A program made the translations under genes and the position numbers. Below the pieces are notes generated by a model, which saw nothing but the letters and a program-made list of their open reading frames with translations, was not told the DNA's origin and ran no database searches. Positions 1 to 12,760 of a DNA stretch of 64,000 nucleotides are shown here, piece after piece (positions within the stretch are counted from its first letter, which is position 1; every line of letters starts with the position of its first letter). Source of the DNA: Schizochytrium sp. TIO01 (Eukaryota; Protista; Bigyra: Labyrinthulomycetes); contig SMSO01000032.1 of NCBI GenBank assembly GCA_004764695.1, forward strand, positions 1,736,001-1,800,000, in the 5' to 3' direction.

Positions 1-1399
1 GGTTACGACTAACTGTACAAGCCCCATAGGGCCTACTCCTAGGGGGCGCCTACTGTATGTACTGGGCCAGGGTGATCCAAATGTTCGTGGACGCGTAGAG
101 TCGAGAGCGCCTTCCCTTTGCACATTGATACCTACCGTTTGAGAGCCTTCATAAGTGCACTCTTCAAGAACATTCTCCACGCTGTTCTCGCGTTTATGGA
201 GAGCCACGTCTCACGCAAAAGACATGCCACACGCGGCCTCTCCTGTCTGCCACAAAGGGTTTGTTAGCAGCCTATTCGTAGAGTTCCTATCGGCCAATGC
301 GCTCCTTGGAATCTGAGTAAGCGTCTCAGAGGCTGAAGTGGCCCAACCTGCCTTTAAGTGGGCTATCCGCCCTAAAGTGTTATTTGTCCATCCCATCCAT
401 GGCAAAGTAGGCCAACTACCTATTTTAGTCTTCTTCAAAAATCATCGTGGCGACGTGGGTAATGGGCATCTCAATGAACGAATGAAAGAATGAATGAGCC
501 TTCTAGAGTGAACAACCCCAAAAAGCGCCTGCTCCCTAGACCCACTGAAGGGGTGGCAGAGATCATGTGCTCATACAATGCACGAGAGCATCAATTGAGA
601 ACTAAGCGGCCGTTACTTCGAGCCTTGGAACAGAACAGAGGGAGGAAGCAACCTACGTAGATAGATAAGATGTTATTCCCACAGTGGAGTGGGGATCAAT
701 TCAAGTTCTTTTAATAGAAAGGGTAATATAATACCTACCTATCTGCCATCAAGGTAGGTTATAATGAGGTCTATAAGCATTCTTAAAAAACTAAGTCGGA
801 CAACTTTGAATGCAGAGAGATGCATTTTCATAACTCTCCGCGCTCAAAAGAGCCCCGCAGTGACTTGTGGCGATCTCTGGTACCCTCACCTCTCCTCCCA
901 TAGTTAACACCCTGTAAGCTCAATTCTGACGGCGCACCTCATTGCCATTCTCTCCCATCTCCTCTACCACCTGATTTACTCTAAAGCATCTTTTTCCACG
1001 CTAGTGGGGATATCCTCACATCAGTTTTTTTCACGTTAACATTTGGCAAGCTTCTCGAAGTTCTAGACGACTTAACACACTATACTTTTGAGAGCTAGTG
1101 TCTGGCTCCACTCTCCTCCCATCCGCGACTACAGGTTCTTTCTCCTCATAAACCCTTAGTAATGTAATATATGTTAGAGGAGACTCATGATCTTTGTATT
1201 AGTGTACTTTCATGTGTGGGGATCTCCATTTCCCCCTCAGGCTCCTCTACGGGTTTCGACCTCCATCTTTCTCTTGTTTCTTTCTTCGGGTTTAGGTAGG
1301 TACCTACTCTCAAGTTATTGTTCTGTTCTCTTACCGACCTCGACCCGCGAGCGAGCCTTCTAGACTCGCTCGGATGTCGGACCGAAGGACACATAGATA

Positions 1400-2715
1400 A
1401 AGCAAGTAAGCAAGCAAGCAAGAAAGAAAGAAGGAAAGAAAGAAAGCAGACAGATAGAGGTTGGGCGCGACGAAGCGAAGCCAGGCCAGGTAAGTGAAGC
1501 CGCGCTGATGGGCCCCTACACGTAGGGGCGTGAAGAGCAAGGATAAGGGGGGAGGTCGGGGAGGAGAAGAGGTTTCAAGTTTGTTCGTTTATTCCATTCC
1601 ATGTCATTTCGTCTTTTTGTCTCGGATCTCGCATCCCGGCTGACGGCGACCGAAGAGCGGCAAGCTAGACCGCCAGCGGAGAGAGAGCGGAGGCAGGAGA
1701 CAATGCAGCGACAGAGAGTACGAACAGGCCAGCAGTCGCAGCGCTCAGACCGCCGCGCGGGCCACGGTAAGTTGGTGTGGCGTCGTGGTTGACGTTGATG
1801 CAATCAATCACGGCGCCTTTCTTCTCCTTCTCGTCCTCCTTGTCCATATCAATTCATTAATTAATTATACGGTCGTCGATGATGAGGTTCCTTTCCGCCT
1901 CCTCCTTTGCTCACATCTGTTCCCACGCTATCTATCGTCACTGATGTCATCCTCGATATCGTCAACGATGGGCAGACAGAGGCCCTGTGCGCATGCCTGT
2001 CTTTGAGTCTATCGATCGATTCTGTCGCGGGTGATGAGCTTGTTCATCTTTTCATGAATGAGTCGCGTCAGGATGCAGAATTAGGTACAAATAAATGCAA
2101 GCGAGGCACGCGTTGCGGATAGATACATCAATACATACATACATACATACATACATAGACAGATACATGCGTACATACATAGATACATGCGTTCATGCCC
2201 TCTTGCTTTCGCGCATGCCGTGAAGGGAAGTGAGGGCGGTGTGAGCTTGGAGAGGCAGGGAGGCCCCGCGGGAATAGTTGGGAGCACCCTCGGCGTTGAC
2301 CGACCTTGCGCTCGCTTGTTGCCCTCAAATGCATGCAAGCAATGTGGATCTTCTCGTTGTTGTTGTTGTTGTTGTTGTTGTTGATTGTTGATGATGATGC
2401 TTTTGTTATTACGCGAGGAAAGGTGCGCTTTTGTTAGAGGGAAGAGAGTGTGCGTTACGGGGTGGGTGGCGTGGATGTCACCAGAAGCGTGTGTGCGAGG
2501 CATTCATGGTAGGATGGTGGTAGTAGTAGATCGATCTAGGTAGCAGTCCCTAGGTTCCTGGTACGGCTCTCATGGAGCGATGGCGCGTAAAGTAACCCCT
2601 ATGGCTAGCTAGACGGCTAGTTCGTTAGCTAGTTAGCTAGCTAGTTAGTTAGTTAGGTATAGCGCTAGGTCCATGAAAGATAGAGATGGAGAGGTCGCTA
2701 AGAAAGAAAGAAGGA

Positions 2716-2763
<48 letters not shown>

Positions 2764-5700
2764 AACACGTGCGTTCATAGGGCCGACGGGAGTGAAAGAA
2801 CAACAACAACTCATTTGAGAGCTGTTCTCTCTCGATGAGGGAGGATTGTTCAAGAGAGCTCGTCCCGGACCCGTCCGCAGATGCGCAGAGGGAAGGAAGC
2901 AGACGGAAAGAGAGATTGACAGAGAGATTGGCAGAGACAGAGACAGAGGGAGAGAGCGAGGAAAGAAAGAAGAGCTGGAGAGCAGCAGCAGCTGCAGGGG
3001 AGGGAAGAAAAGCGAGGAAAAGAGCAGAAAACGAAAACAAACAAGAGAGCAGAGAGCGCGGACCAGCATTTGGAAAGAAAAAGAAGAAGAAAAAGAAGAA
3101 GAAGGAGAAGAAGGAGAAGGAGAAGAAGGAGAAGAAGACGCAAACACGAGGGAGCCAAGACGGGTGCCTTTCCGCTGTCGCGTGGCAGGAGGGCAGAAAG
3201 AAAGACAGCTAGCTAGCTATATGTAGCTAGCTGTGGCCGGCGCTGACCCCGCATTGGCCGCGTTGCGCATGCAATGCCGCTGGAGGCCAGCCAGCCAGCT
3301 AAGCCGCGGCTTGAGCACTCGAATTATTTGGGCACACCCATGTCATGGTCTCTTTTTTCTCTCTTCCTCTCTTTCTCTCTTTCTCTCCCTCTCTCACGCT
3401 TGTTTTCTCTTTCTGTTGTTTCGTTTTTTACTGTTTCTTCTTTCTTTTTATCCCATCTTTGCTCGAGCAGCTTCTTCTCTCTGTCTGCCTGCCTTTTCTT
3501 CTTCTTCTTCTTCTTCTCTCGTTTGAAGTGATTTGACTGTTATTTCTCTTTCCTTTCCCCGTTCTCTCGCGCGTGTGTGTTTGTTTCTCTGTTTCTTTGT
3601 TTGTTTGTTTGTCTATTTGGCTATTTGGCTGCCTGTCAGTCTGCCTGGCTGTCTAGAAGTGCAGAGGATGGTCTGCCTCCCTGCCTGCCTGCCTGTCTGT
3701 CAGTCTGTCTGCCTGCCTGCCTGAAGCCTCTCCTGCTCCCGAGCTCAGAGATCGTCCCTTCGCTCCCCAGAAGAAAAAGGAGAAAGAGGAGGAAAGCCGC
3801 CCCTTGTGCTTGCTTGTCTTTCTTTCTTTCTTTCTCTTTTTGACATCCCTCTCTATCTGCGAAAGTACTGCCTCTGATTGCATTTGCTCCTTGCGTTTTT
3901 TTCCTCGCCATGCTTCTGCTTCGAGAGAGGGCTTGCTTAGTCGTTCTTTCGGCCGAGCGCTTTCTTGAAACGCAGGGAGGGAGAACAGAGCTTGCTTGAT
4001 CCCATATGGATCTCAGGGTTTGTAAACGAGAGAGAGAGAGAGGGAGAGAGAGAGAAGGCAAAATGCGAGATCAGCCATCGTCCAGGCACCAGGAGTTTCT
4101 TTCCCCTCTCTGTGCCTTCTGCCTCTTCTTAGAAGCCTCTGCCTCGTTCGTTCTCTTCTCAGTGAACAAACAAACAAACAAATAAAGAAATAAGTAAGAG
4201 AGGGAGAGAGAGAGAGTTAGTTAGCCAGTTAGTTGTTCCTGCTTTTGAACTGTTGAACTGTTGACCTAGCGGTGCGCCTAGCTAGGCGATACGGGAGCAG
4301 GAAGGAAGCAAGGAAGGAGTCCTTTCTGGGAAGGAGACAGAGAGAGAGAGCGGGAGAGAGAGAGAGAGAAAGAAAGAAAGAAGCCAGGGCACGCACGTAC
4401 ATTGCTTGCTTGAGAGAGGCATACCGTGCGAGTGTGTCTTTGCATGTACGTAGGTGGATGTAGAGAAGATGCATGTATCTCTGTCTGTCTGTGTGGCCTT
4501 TCTATCGATCTATCTGTCGGTCTGTTGATCTATCTATAGAAATGTTGGTTTGAGGAATGAGGATGGATTCTTTGAATTTAGACATGGCAAGCAAGCCAGC
4601 TAGCCGCAGGCGAAACACAGAATACCCCCTGAACCGCCCCGAGTGCGTGTTTATAGGTGGTCCAAATAGGGGTAGATAGGGACATGGTGCTCGCCTGGTG
4701 AGGGGAGCGGCCGAAAATACCCCCTGGGATCTTTGTTTGTAGCTTGGTTAGTCTGGAAGGATCCAGAGATTGGAGGGTTAGGTGTGGAGTCCTGGGGCGA
4801 TAGCGTGAACGATCAAACGCGAAGGCATTGTGGAGGGGGCAGGCCGGTAAAAGGAAGTTGAAAAAAAGGAAAAAGGACTGTTAAAGGAAATTAGATATGG
4901 GCAAGCAGAGAGTTGAAAGGGCCGAAAAAAGCCGCTAAAAGGACAGAGAAAGTTTTGGACAGAAAGATTAAATTACATTGCATAAGAGAGAGAGAAACAA
5001 ACAGACAGACAAGAGTGCAAAAAAGAAAGGAGTGAAAAGAGTGAAAAGAAAGAAGCCTGCTCCGCCTCTTTCCCTCATTCGTACTCACCCGATCAATCTA
5101 TCCTATTGCGCAGACGTTCAGAGCAAACAGATAAGCAAGGGGCTCACTGAGACCAAGCTTATTTACAGCAGAGACACAGGTTTCCCTGGCCATTCTGTTG
5201 GCCTGCGGAGTTCTTTCTTTCCCTCTCGCTCTCTGTGGACTTTCTTTTCTCTCTCTTCTTTCTCTCTGTTCCTTCCTTCTCTCTCTCTCTCTCTTTCTTT
5301 CTTTCTCTCTTTCTTTCTTTCTTTCTTTCCCTTCTTCTCCTTCTCCTCTCTTTGTTCCTCCCTTCTGCTGTTGAGTGTTGGTTTGTTTGTGTTTGTTTGT
5401 TGTTGTTTGTTGTTGTTTATTGTTTATCTGTTTGTTGTTCTCTCTAAGCGTGCGACGTGGACAATCATCCGTCAGTCAGTCAGTCAGTCGCAGATAGACA
5501 GACAGACAGACAGAGCCAGAGCCACCTTGAAGAAGGTGAGAAGGTAAGCAGAGAGAGAGCAACAGACAGGCAGACAGGCCACAGACAGACCGCCTTCGAA
5601 CGACCAGAGGCACCACACGCAGCCAGAGGTGAAGCAAACCGCTATTCCTTTCGTGGGCGCGACGCACAGAGAGAGAGTCTGGCCCGCCGGGTAGACCTGT

Positions 5701-5989
5701 TCATCCATTGATTCATCTATCCAACTAGGCACAGACAGAGTCTTCTCTCATCGGGCGCCCGAAGTCCTGGCTATCTATTTTCAAGTATCTATCAAGTATC
5801 TATTCTGCCCGAGAGCAGAAACGCAGAGCTCCTGAACGAGAGACTACAGACACAAAGAGCTCGCGAAGCCGCACCCCGGCCTTCAACTGACTCCTCCTGA
5901 TTGAGCGAACGAGCGAGCGATAGACTGGTATTTTGTCTATATCTACATATCCAGCATTATCTGTATATATATATTATACATAGATAAAC

Positions 5990-6023
<34 letters not shown>

Positions 6024-6300
6024 GCGGATACACAAAGTAAGAGACGCCAGCAGGCAATCTCTTATTGCCCATTGATCTCGCTCCCGAGCAGAGGTCGACG
6101 CAGCTCAGAGCGCAGGAGAAGAGCGCGGAGCCGAAGAGGTCCGTGTTCTCGTCATCAGGGTAGAGTTTCTCTCCCCTGTTGTGTGAAATAGATCATATAT
6201 ATATTTAGCTAGAGAAAGAAAGGAGAGCCTCTTCTTGGAGAGGACAAAGAAGGAAAGGAAAGACGGCGGCGAATCAAGGATACCGTGTAGGCGAGGGAGA
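1400..6300. repeat. Microsatellite / low-complexity mosaic upstream of CK1: (ATAC)n ~2131-2156, (TTG)n ~2356-2390, (AAAG)n ~2699-2765, (GAA/GGA)n ~3077-3138, (TTC)n ~3495-3515, (CT/CTTT)n ~5255-5350, (AGAT)n ~5990-6023
   Basis: Tandem repeats directly visible; the ORFs called here are low-complexity translations of them. Confidence 0.9.
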
Positions 6301-6505
6301 AGTAGAGCAGGCGGTGTGGAATAAGGATATCAACAACAGCAGCACCAGCAACCACAACAGCTTTCTCCATCAGAAAGCGGAAGAAGAACAAGGTCTGGCG
6401 GCAGTAGCAGTGAGCTCAGAAACAGCGACAGGAAAACTGACTTCGACGGCTTGGACTCAACAACAGCAAGAACAGGAGCAGCAGCGCCGCCAACAACAGG
6501 AAGAG

Positions 6506-7639
6506 ATGGAGAGGCGCGTCGGCAAAAAGTACCGCCTCGGCCGCAAGATCGGCAGCGGATCCTTTGGTGATGTATACCTTGGTACTGACGTGACCACCGG
6601 GGAAGATGTCGCTATCAAGCTTGAGCGTATCCGCACCAAGCACCCGCAGCTTCTCTATGAATCCAAGCTCTACCGGGTTCTTCAGGGAGGTATCGGTATC
6701 CCCTACATGAGATGGTTCGGCGTGGAGACCCACTACAACGTCCTCGTCACCGACCTCCTCGGACCCAGTCTCGAGGATCTCTTCAACGCCTGCGGCCGTA
6801 CTTTCACCCCGCTCTGCGTCATGATGATCGGTGAGCAGCTCGTGAGCCGCATTGAGTACATGCACGCTAAGCACTTCATTCACCGTGATATCAAGCCCGA
6901 TAACTTCCTTGTGGGCCGCGGTCGTCGTGCGAACCTGCTTTACATTATTGATTTTGGCTTGTCGAAGCGCTTCCGGCACCCAAAGACGCGTCAGCACATG
7001 CCCTACCGCGAGGGAAAGAACCTGACCGGCACACCCCGTTACGCGTCCATCAACAACCACTTGGGCGTAGAACAGAGTCGGCGCGACGACATGGAGTCGA
7101 TCGGCTACGTGCTTGTCTACTTTGCTCGCGGATCCCTCCCGTGGCAGGGTCTCAAGGCCAACACCAAGAAGCAGAAGTACCAGAAGATTATGGACAAGAA
7201 GATGTCCGTCTCAATTGGATCCCTCTGCAAGGGCCTCCCCGAGGAGCTCCGCAAGTACCTCGACTACTGCCGCTCCCTCCGCTTCGAGGACAAACCCAAC
7301 TACCCCTACCTTCGCGCTCTCTTTAAGGATGCCATCGACTCAGGCAAGTACGGTGACCCCATGAAGGGCTTTGACTGGATGAGTATGAGCCGTGGTGGCA
7401 GCGCCGCTGGTGGCTCTGCTGGAGAGTCCAGACAAGACTCTGGCCGTAACAACGGTGCAGAGGGTGTTCCGGCCACCGCTGACGCCACTGCCGCTGTTGC
7501 CGCTCCTGGAGCTGGCAACGAGGTTTCCATGGGTGCTGCTGGTGATGCCGCCGCCTCTGGAGCCCCGCGCCAGTACGCTGATATGGAGATGGAGGGTGCC
7601 CCGCCTCGTGCTGACGGTACTGACCCAAGACTTCCCTGA
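6506..7639 (+). CDS. CK1: Casein kinase 1 (delta/epsilon-like) with Gly/Ala-rich C-terminal tail
   Basis: [57 protein letters not shown]. First in-frame ATG is at 6506 (MERRVGKKY); the track ORF opens at a GTG at 6314. Confidence 0.97.
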   Translation: MERRVGKKYRLGRKIGSGSFGDVYLGTDVTTGEDVAIKLERIRTKHPQLLYESKLYRVLQGGIGIPYMRWFGVETHYNVLVTDLLGPSLEDLFNACGRTFTPLCVMMIGEQLVSRIEYMHAKHFIHRDIKPDNFLVGRGRRANLLYIIDFGLSKRFRHPKTRQHMPYREGKNLTGTPRYASINNHLGVEQSRRDDMESIGYVLVYFARGSLPWQGLKANTKKQKYQKIMDKKMSVSIGSLCKGLPEELRKYLDYCRSLRFEDKPNYPYLRALFKDAIDSGKYGDPMKGFDWMSMSRGGSAAGGSAGESRQDSGRNNGAEGVPATADATAAVAAPGAGNEVSMGAAGDAAASGAPRQYADMEMEGAPPRADGTDPRLP

Positions 7640-8865
7640 GCACCACAAGCTGCTGCAGCGTATGCATTGCACCATTCATAGTACCGTTTAAAAGGCGGCA
7701 GGCAAAGCTAACAGAAGCCTCCTGACTTCCGCCAATGTGCCTCTTGTTAATGTAGGTATGCGTGCTGACCCTTCGCCTCTGCATAGCTTTTCCTGCTCAT
7801 TGGAAAGCGTATTCATATTTGGACACCTTTCTTTTCTTCCAATCTACTTCTATATCCCATTTCCTCGTAATCCCAGCTTGCAATTTCGAATTTTCGATCT
7901 TGCAATCATGGGCTCTGCGACCTGATTCATTTCTGTTCGAATCTTTAACAAGTAAATACAAAAAAATTATATGACTTTGCTTCAGTACCTTTTCATGTAA
8001 ATTCAATCATTTTGTATTGCCACTTTTCAGGCTTTGCTTAATGTTTCACTGCTCTCATTCTGCTGAAGACGGCAAGACAAAACATACTGAAGAAATTTGA
8101 AGTGCTTTATTTGGAAACAGCGTTCTTGGCGAAGAAACATTAGGTATTTTTGCACATTGCGATGAACGCTTAATTAGCCTTTAAATTTGCAAAACTTGAA
8201 TTATATACCGTCACGTGGGGCTTAAGGCTCAATCGGGGGTCAAAAAGCTAACCCGCAACTAAAAAACATTTGTAAAATCATGCCATTGAGTAGGCACTGC
8301 AAAAGGAAGCCTCTGGCGGCGTGGGTATCACTGTTTGCATTTGAGGTTTTTGAAAACCTTGGAAGTTTTCGAGCTTGTTGTTGTGTAAAGTTTTCGTAAA
8401 TACATTATTTCTATCAACTCGGTCTCCAGATTTTCTATAATTTTAAATTCGCCTATCATGCATGCTCTGGCGTGGAAGACTTCAGCTTAAGTAGGATTTC
8501 TGAAACCTTTACACAAGTCTGATTGTTTTATTATTCACAAGATTCGAACATTTCATGAAAAGCACTTAAAGCCTTTGTAAAGTCTGTGATAACTCTTTTT
8601 ATTTTTTATTTTCTTTCTTTGTTTTTCAATAATTCTTGAATACGCATGCTAAGGCATGCAGCTTTCACAAAGTTTAAGATATCTCACCTAACAGTGACCA
8701 AGAATAGATCATACTCCTTTTTATCGTTTACAAGTTGCTTATATTTTTTCGAAGAGTTAGATTTCAGTTGGGGAAGAAACAAGAGCTGCTCCTTCTGGCA
8801 CTCTACAAAAAAGAATAAAAACATTCTTTTAAAGATATTCCTTTCCTTTTCTTTTCTGTTCATTC

Positions 8866-11800
8866 TTATGAAGAAGTTGATTCCTCTTTACCCTTACGTG
8901 CCCACGCTGGGATAAGTTTTCTAGGTCGCTTGAGCAACAATTGCTGTCTATCACGACGATTCACTGACAGAAAGTTAAAAGAGCTGCGTGGTTTTTCTAG
9001 TTCTTGATTCTGTCGAGTCTTTTTCGACTTGCCTGCTTTCTTTTGCTGACTTTTCTTAACCATTTTTGAGTATCCTCGTGTTGGGTCTGCAAATGAACCA
9101 CTCCCCTCGTCAAGATCTTCTTCTGTACGAGATCGCTGACTCAAAGTTGAACGCGCTGACTGCACCAATAGTTCACCCTGGCAACCTTGCCTTTCCCCAT
9201 ATATGTGCTTTTCTTGCATTTCTTTACAAAATGTCGTGTGGAATCTCTGCGCTTCTGGTGCACTATTCATTGGAGGCTGGGGTGTAAGTTGCCCTGGCTT
9301 ATCATTACTACGTTGGAAAGCCTTTTGTTCATGCTGTTGCAATTGCTGTAGCTGTTGGTCATCAACAGGAAAACCTTGGTGACCTTCTGTGTTATTATGA
9401 GGGCTTTCAAATTTACTGTAGATCTGATGCTTAACTCCTACCGAACCACCATCAAATGGCTGACAAGCAGAATCTAACGACTGAGGCAACTCAAAGAGAT
9501 CTTCTTTGTTGTTATATGACCTTCCTGAAGACTTAAACGAGGATATATTTGCGTCTGTATCTCTCTTGTGCACTGAATGGAAAGCGGTTTGATTTTGCAC
9601 AGAAATATTTGCTCTGGGCATTGCAAAGCCAATGTCGAATTGTGCGCCAGTGTTTCCGTTAGCTATAGTTTGGGGTTTGCTCGTTCTGCCTGGAAAATCT
9701 TGCGTTGAATTTGGGGAAATGCTCCACCTTTTGATTCCGCTGCGCTTCGCCAATGCAAACGTTCGCTGCAGCTCCATCATGGTATGACTTAACCTGCTGG
9801 TGATGCCCTGGATCGAATAATGGGGACGAACTTGGGCTGACCTCAGGATCAAGCTCAAGATCATCATCCTCTAATTGTGGAATAAAGTCATTTATGTCTA
9901 CCGAAGCAAATTCCCCGTCGATTTCATCTTCTCCAAATCCACTACGACTCTTCTCTAAAGCAATTCGAATTTGCTCTCGCTTTAAAGCACCTCGCACAGA
10001 TGCTTGAAGCTGAACAATTTCTTCCTCGAACACTTTCTGCCGAAACCATGGGTCGCCATTAACTGTTTTCAACCGTCGCAAGTATCTACATATGTACATA
10101 ACCGCAGACTTTGTGAGCGTCCTGGAACCGAGCTCTATTTCTGTTAGGTGGATATGCTCCAACAGAGCCTCCACTAGATCTTGCTCTGACGTTTTGACAT
10201 CACGGCAATCAAGACGTTGTAATCCTGGACACAAATGCGCACTTCGGTGCCGCAATTTTCGTAGAGGGTTATTGGATAGATTTAATTCCTGTAGCTCTGG
10301 AAGCATACAACTGGCATCAAGCAAAGCAGGTCCATCAAGAAGATTTCCTGACAAATCGAGGAAGCGAATGTTTGCCCCAATAACATTGACAGGTTGATTC
10401 ACGAGGTCGCAAGAAGCCAAAGATAGGCGCTGCAATGGGGAGTTATCTGAAAGTACTACCTTTCCATCAAAGAATTTCAATGGGTTTCCGGACAGATTTA
10501 AGCTGCGAATACGACGAAGATGCCTAATATGGTGCAAATCACATGCGCGAAGTCTATTACCCGAGATGTCCAGAACCTCCAAGGTCTCAGCACAGGCGGG
10601 TAAACCACGCAGATCTGTTAGTTCATTACGAGCTAAATGTAAACTGACAAGTCCAGATAGAACGTCTTGGTGGACTACAAAATAAAGCTTGCTAAAGTTG
10701 TTCTCTTCGGCTATGAATGAGCGAATCACATTTAATTTTGCGGCCTTTGCATCCCGAAGGTCATAAAGCTGTTTGCGAGATAAATGGACAGTACTACCAA
10801 CAGTTGCTAGTTGAAGAAGTTTTGACTGTGACTCACGCCACTCATAACTAGCCTCATCCTCTTGTTCCATTCCCTGCTGGTCCAAAAGGTTTAGGCTTCG
10901 GATAAGATGTGCAACGCGATCTTCCATTTCCATACCTCGATGCTCATGCACCTGAATTTCTCGCTCCTTGGTACGAAGCTCTGTGGCATACTTGTCCTCA
11001 AGAAACATTCCCTCGCGAGCTTTTGCTTGTTCTACACTTTCGCATAGCCGAATAGCTTGAGCTAAACTATCTTCGCGCTCCATAAGGGACCATTCCTCCC
11101 ATAATAATGCTCTCCTCTGGCGGGCTAGCTCATCTTCAAGGTGCATTTGACGCCTGTCTTCCATGTGCTGTTTTTCTAGCCTCCTTTGCTCACGCAAGCG
11201 AATAGTAAAGATCTTTGCAGCAAAGAAACGAATACTTCTTTGTATGATCGCAATAGCTTTCAGCCTCCGCTTCGAGTCTTGACGACATTTGTAACCACGC
11301 CATACACGCCCGATACGCTGACAAGCACCATCTTGTGCCCACAAAAGCTCTAGCGCCGCCTTTTGTGCAGCTCGTTCTCTCTCTATTTCTTTCATTGTAT
11401 CGAGGCGTTCTTTTTCTCTAGCAGCAATTTCAGCTTCGAGCGAAGAGAGGAAATCTGCATGCATAGAGTCTGAGGTTTGGGGTTTATATGCTGTTTTAGT
11501 TTTTGTTCTAGTCTGATTTGTTTTCTCAGGCATTTCCTCGTTATATACAGCAAACCCACCATCTACTCTTTCTGAGGGATGTTCAAAACATGCTGTATCT
11601 GATTTGTCATTTTGAATTTGTTGCTGGAAGGCATTATCTGAACCGAGTGTTCGAGGTTCTAAAGAATGGATCATATGATGTGTTATGTTTTCTTTACTTT
11701 CATGCTCTGTCGATATGTTGTTCTGAGTTATGCCGACTGTCTGTGTAACCAAGGTCTCACCCACAGGCCTTCGTGGCGACGGAGATTCTGTAAACGCAGG

Positions 11801-12226
11801 AGATATATTCTTGTTTGGTTCGTTCACTGCAGCAAAGTTCGCATCCTCAAGTTTATCAATAATCTCACCAACGACGACCCGCACCACTGGGTCAACTTGA
11901 GCCACGTAGTGTGCTAAACCTAGAAGCTCCTGAAAGTCCTTTTCAAATTGCTCTGCTTGCTGATGCCGGGTTTCATGGGCAAGGTGGAGGTGTTCCCATG
12001 CTTCAGCAAGGGTAGAATTACTCACAATACTTCGCGTATCATAGTCCTCCTCTTCTGCAGCATGCTCTCCATCGTACGTAGAAGCTGACCTTTGGCGAAA
12101 TTCCACGGGACTTGCAGGAGGTGTTGAGGAAGCAGTGCTAGCTATCTCCGCAAGCTCTGCTTCAAGAAGAGCGTCAAGGTCCTCCTCGTTTAGTTCTATA
12201 TCGGCTGCCGGGTTCGTTGGCTCCAT
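8866..12226 (-). CDS. IQ-motif + coiled-coil + leucine-rich-repeat protein (LRRIQ1-like architecture); apparent frame break near 9660-9730
   Basis: IQ-like motifs RIGRVWRGYKCR, IIQRSIR, LQASVRGALKR; LRRs LVSLHLARNEL, LEVLDISGNRL, IRSLNLSGNPL, LQELNLSNNPL. Main ORF 9659-12358, likely start MEPTNP at 12226. Overlapping ORF 8866-9867 probably supplies the disordered C-terminus. Confidence 0.8.
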
Positions 12227-12760
12227 GACACCCAGCCACGCTTTCATACATACGGGGCCGCCGGTGCCCCCTTCGCAAGCGGTTCCGACTCCTTTATGAC
12301 CTCGACAGGAAGGCCCATAACAAAAGTGATGCCGAGCAAGAAGGCTGTATATAACCAAGAGGGCTGTCTATACTGACATAGACGGTGTTTTTCTTTTTCT
12401 TCTTCTTCTTCTTCCTCTTCTTTTTTTTCAAAAAGGGCTGTCATTATTAAGGTATGATGATAGGTGATTTTTAGAAAACTAGCCGTTAGAACTCCACATA
12501 AGTGGTAAAGATGCAGTGATGGTACAGAGGCCAAGCGAGATACCTTTAATTTTTCTTCGAAAGAGCTCCAATAAGGTAAAATAGAGATTGGTATCAGCAA
12601 GGAAGGGCAGATAGGACGAGGCATCGCTGCATAGAAGTATTCTCGATTCTTTAGACTTCACTCATTCGAAGTAAGTCACTAGCAGGATAAGGAGAATCGG
12701 TACCTCAAGAGGTTTTAAAGCTTCAAGGCTCCATGGATAGCTCTTAACAAAGGACCATCG

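Noticed and set aside
1-1320. Minus-strand frames that read like a decayed gene with stops at Gln/Arg-like positions (possible C-to-T hypermutation or alternative code)
   Set aside because: Stop density is about that of random sequence, any stop codon is one transition from CAA/CAG/CGA, and no protein motif is recognisable. Real genes here use all three stops normally.
1185-6391. Many short ORFs in the track (poly-K/E, poly-F/L/S)
   Set aside because: Translations of microsatellites.
6416-7784. Long antisense and alternate-frame ORFs over CK1 (and over other genes)
   Set aside because: Expected shadow ORFs from GC-rich codon bias.
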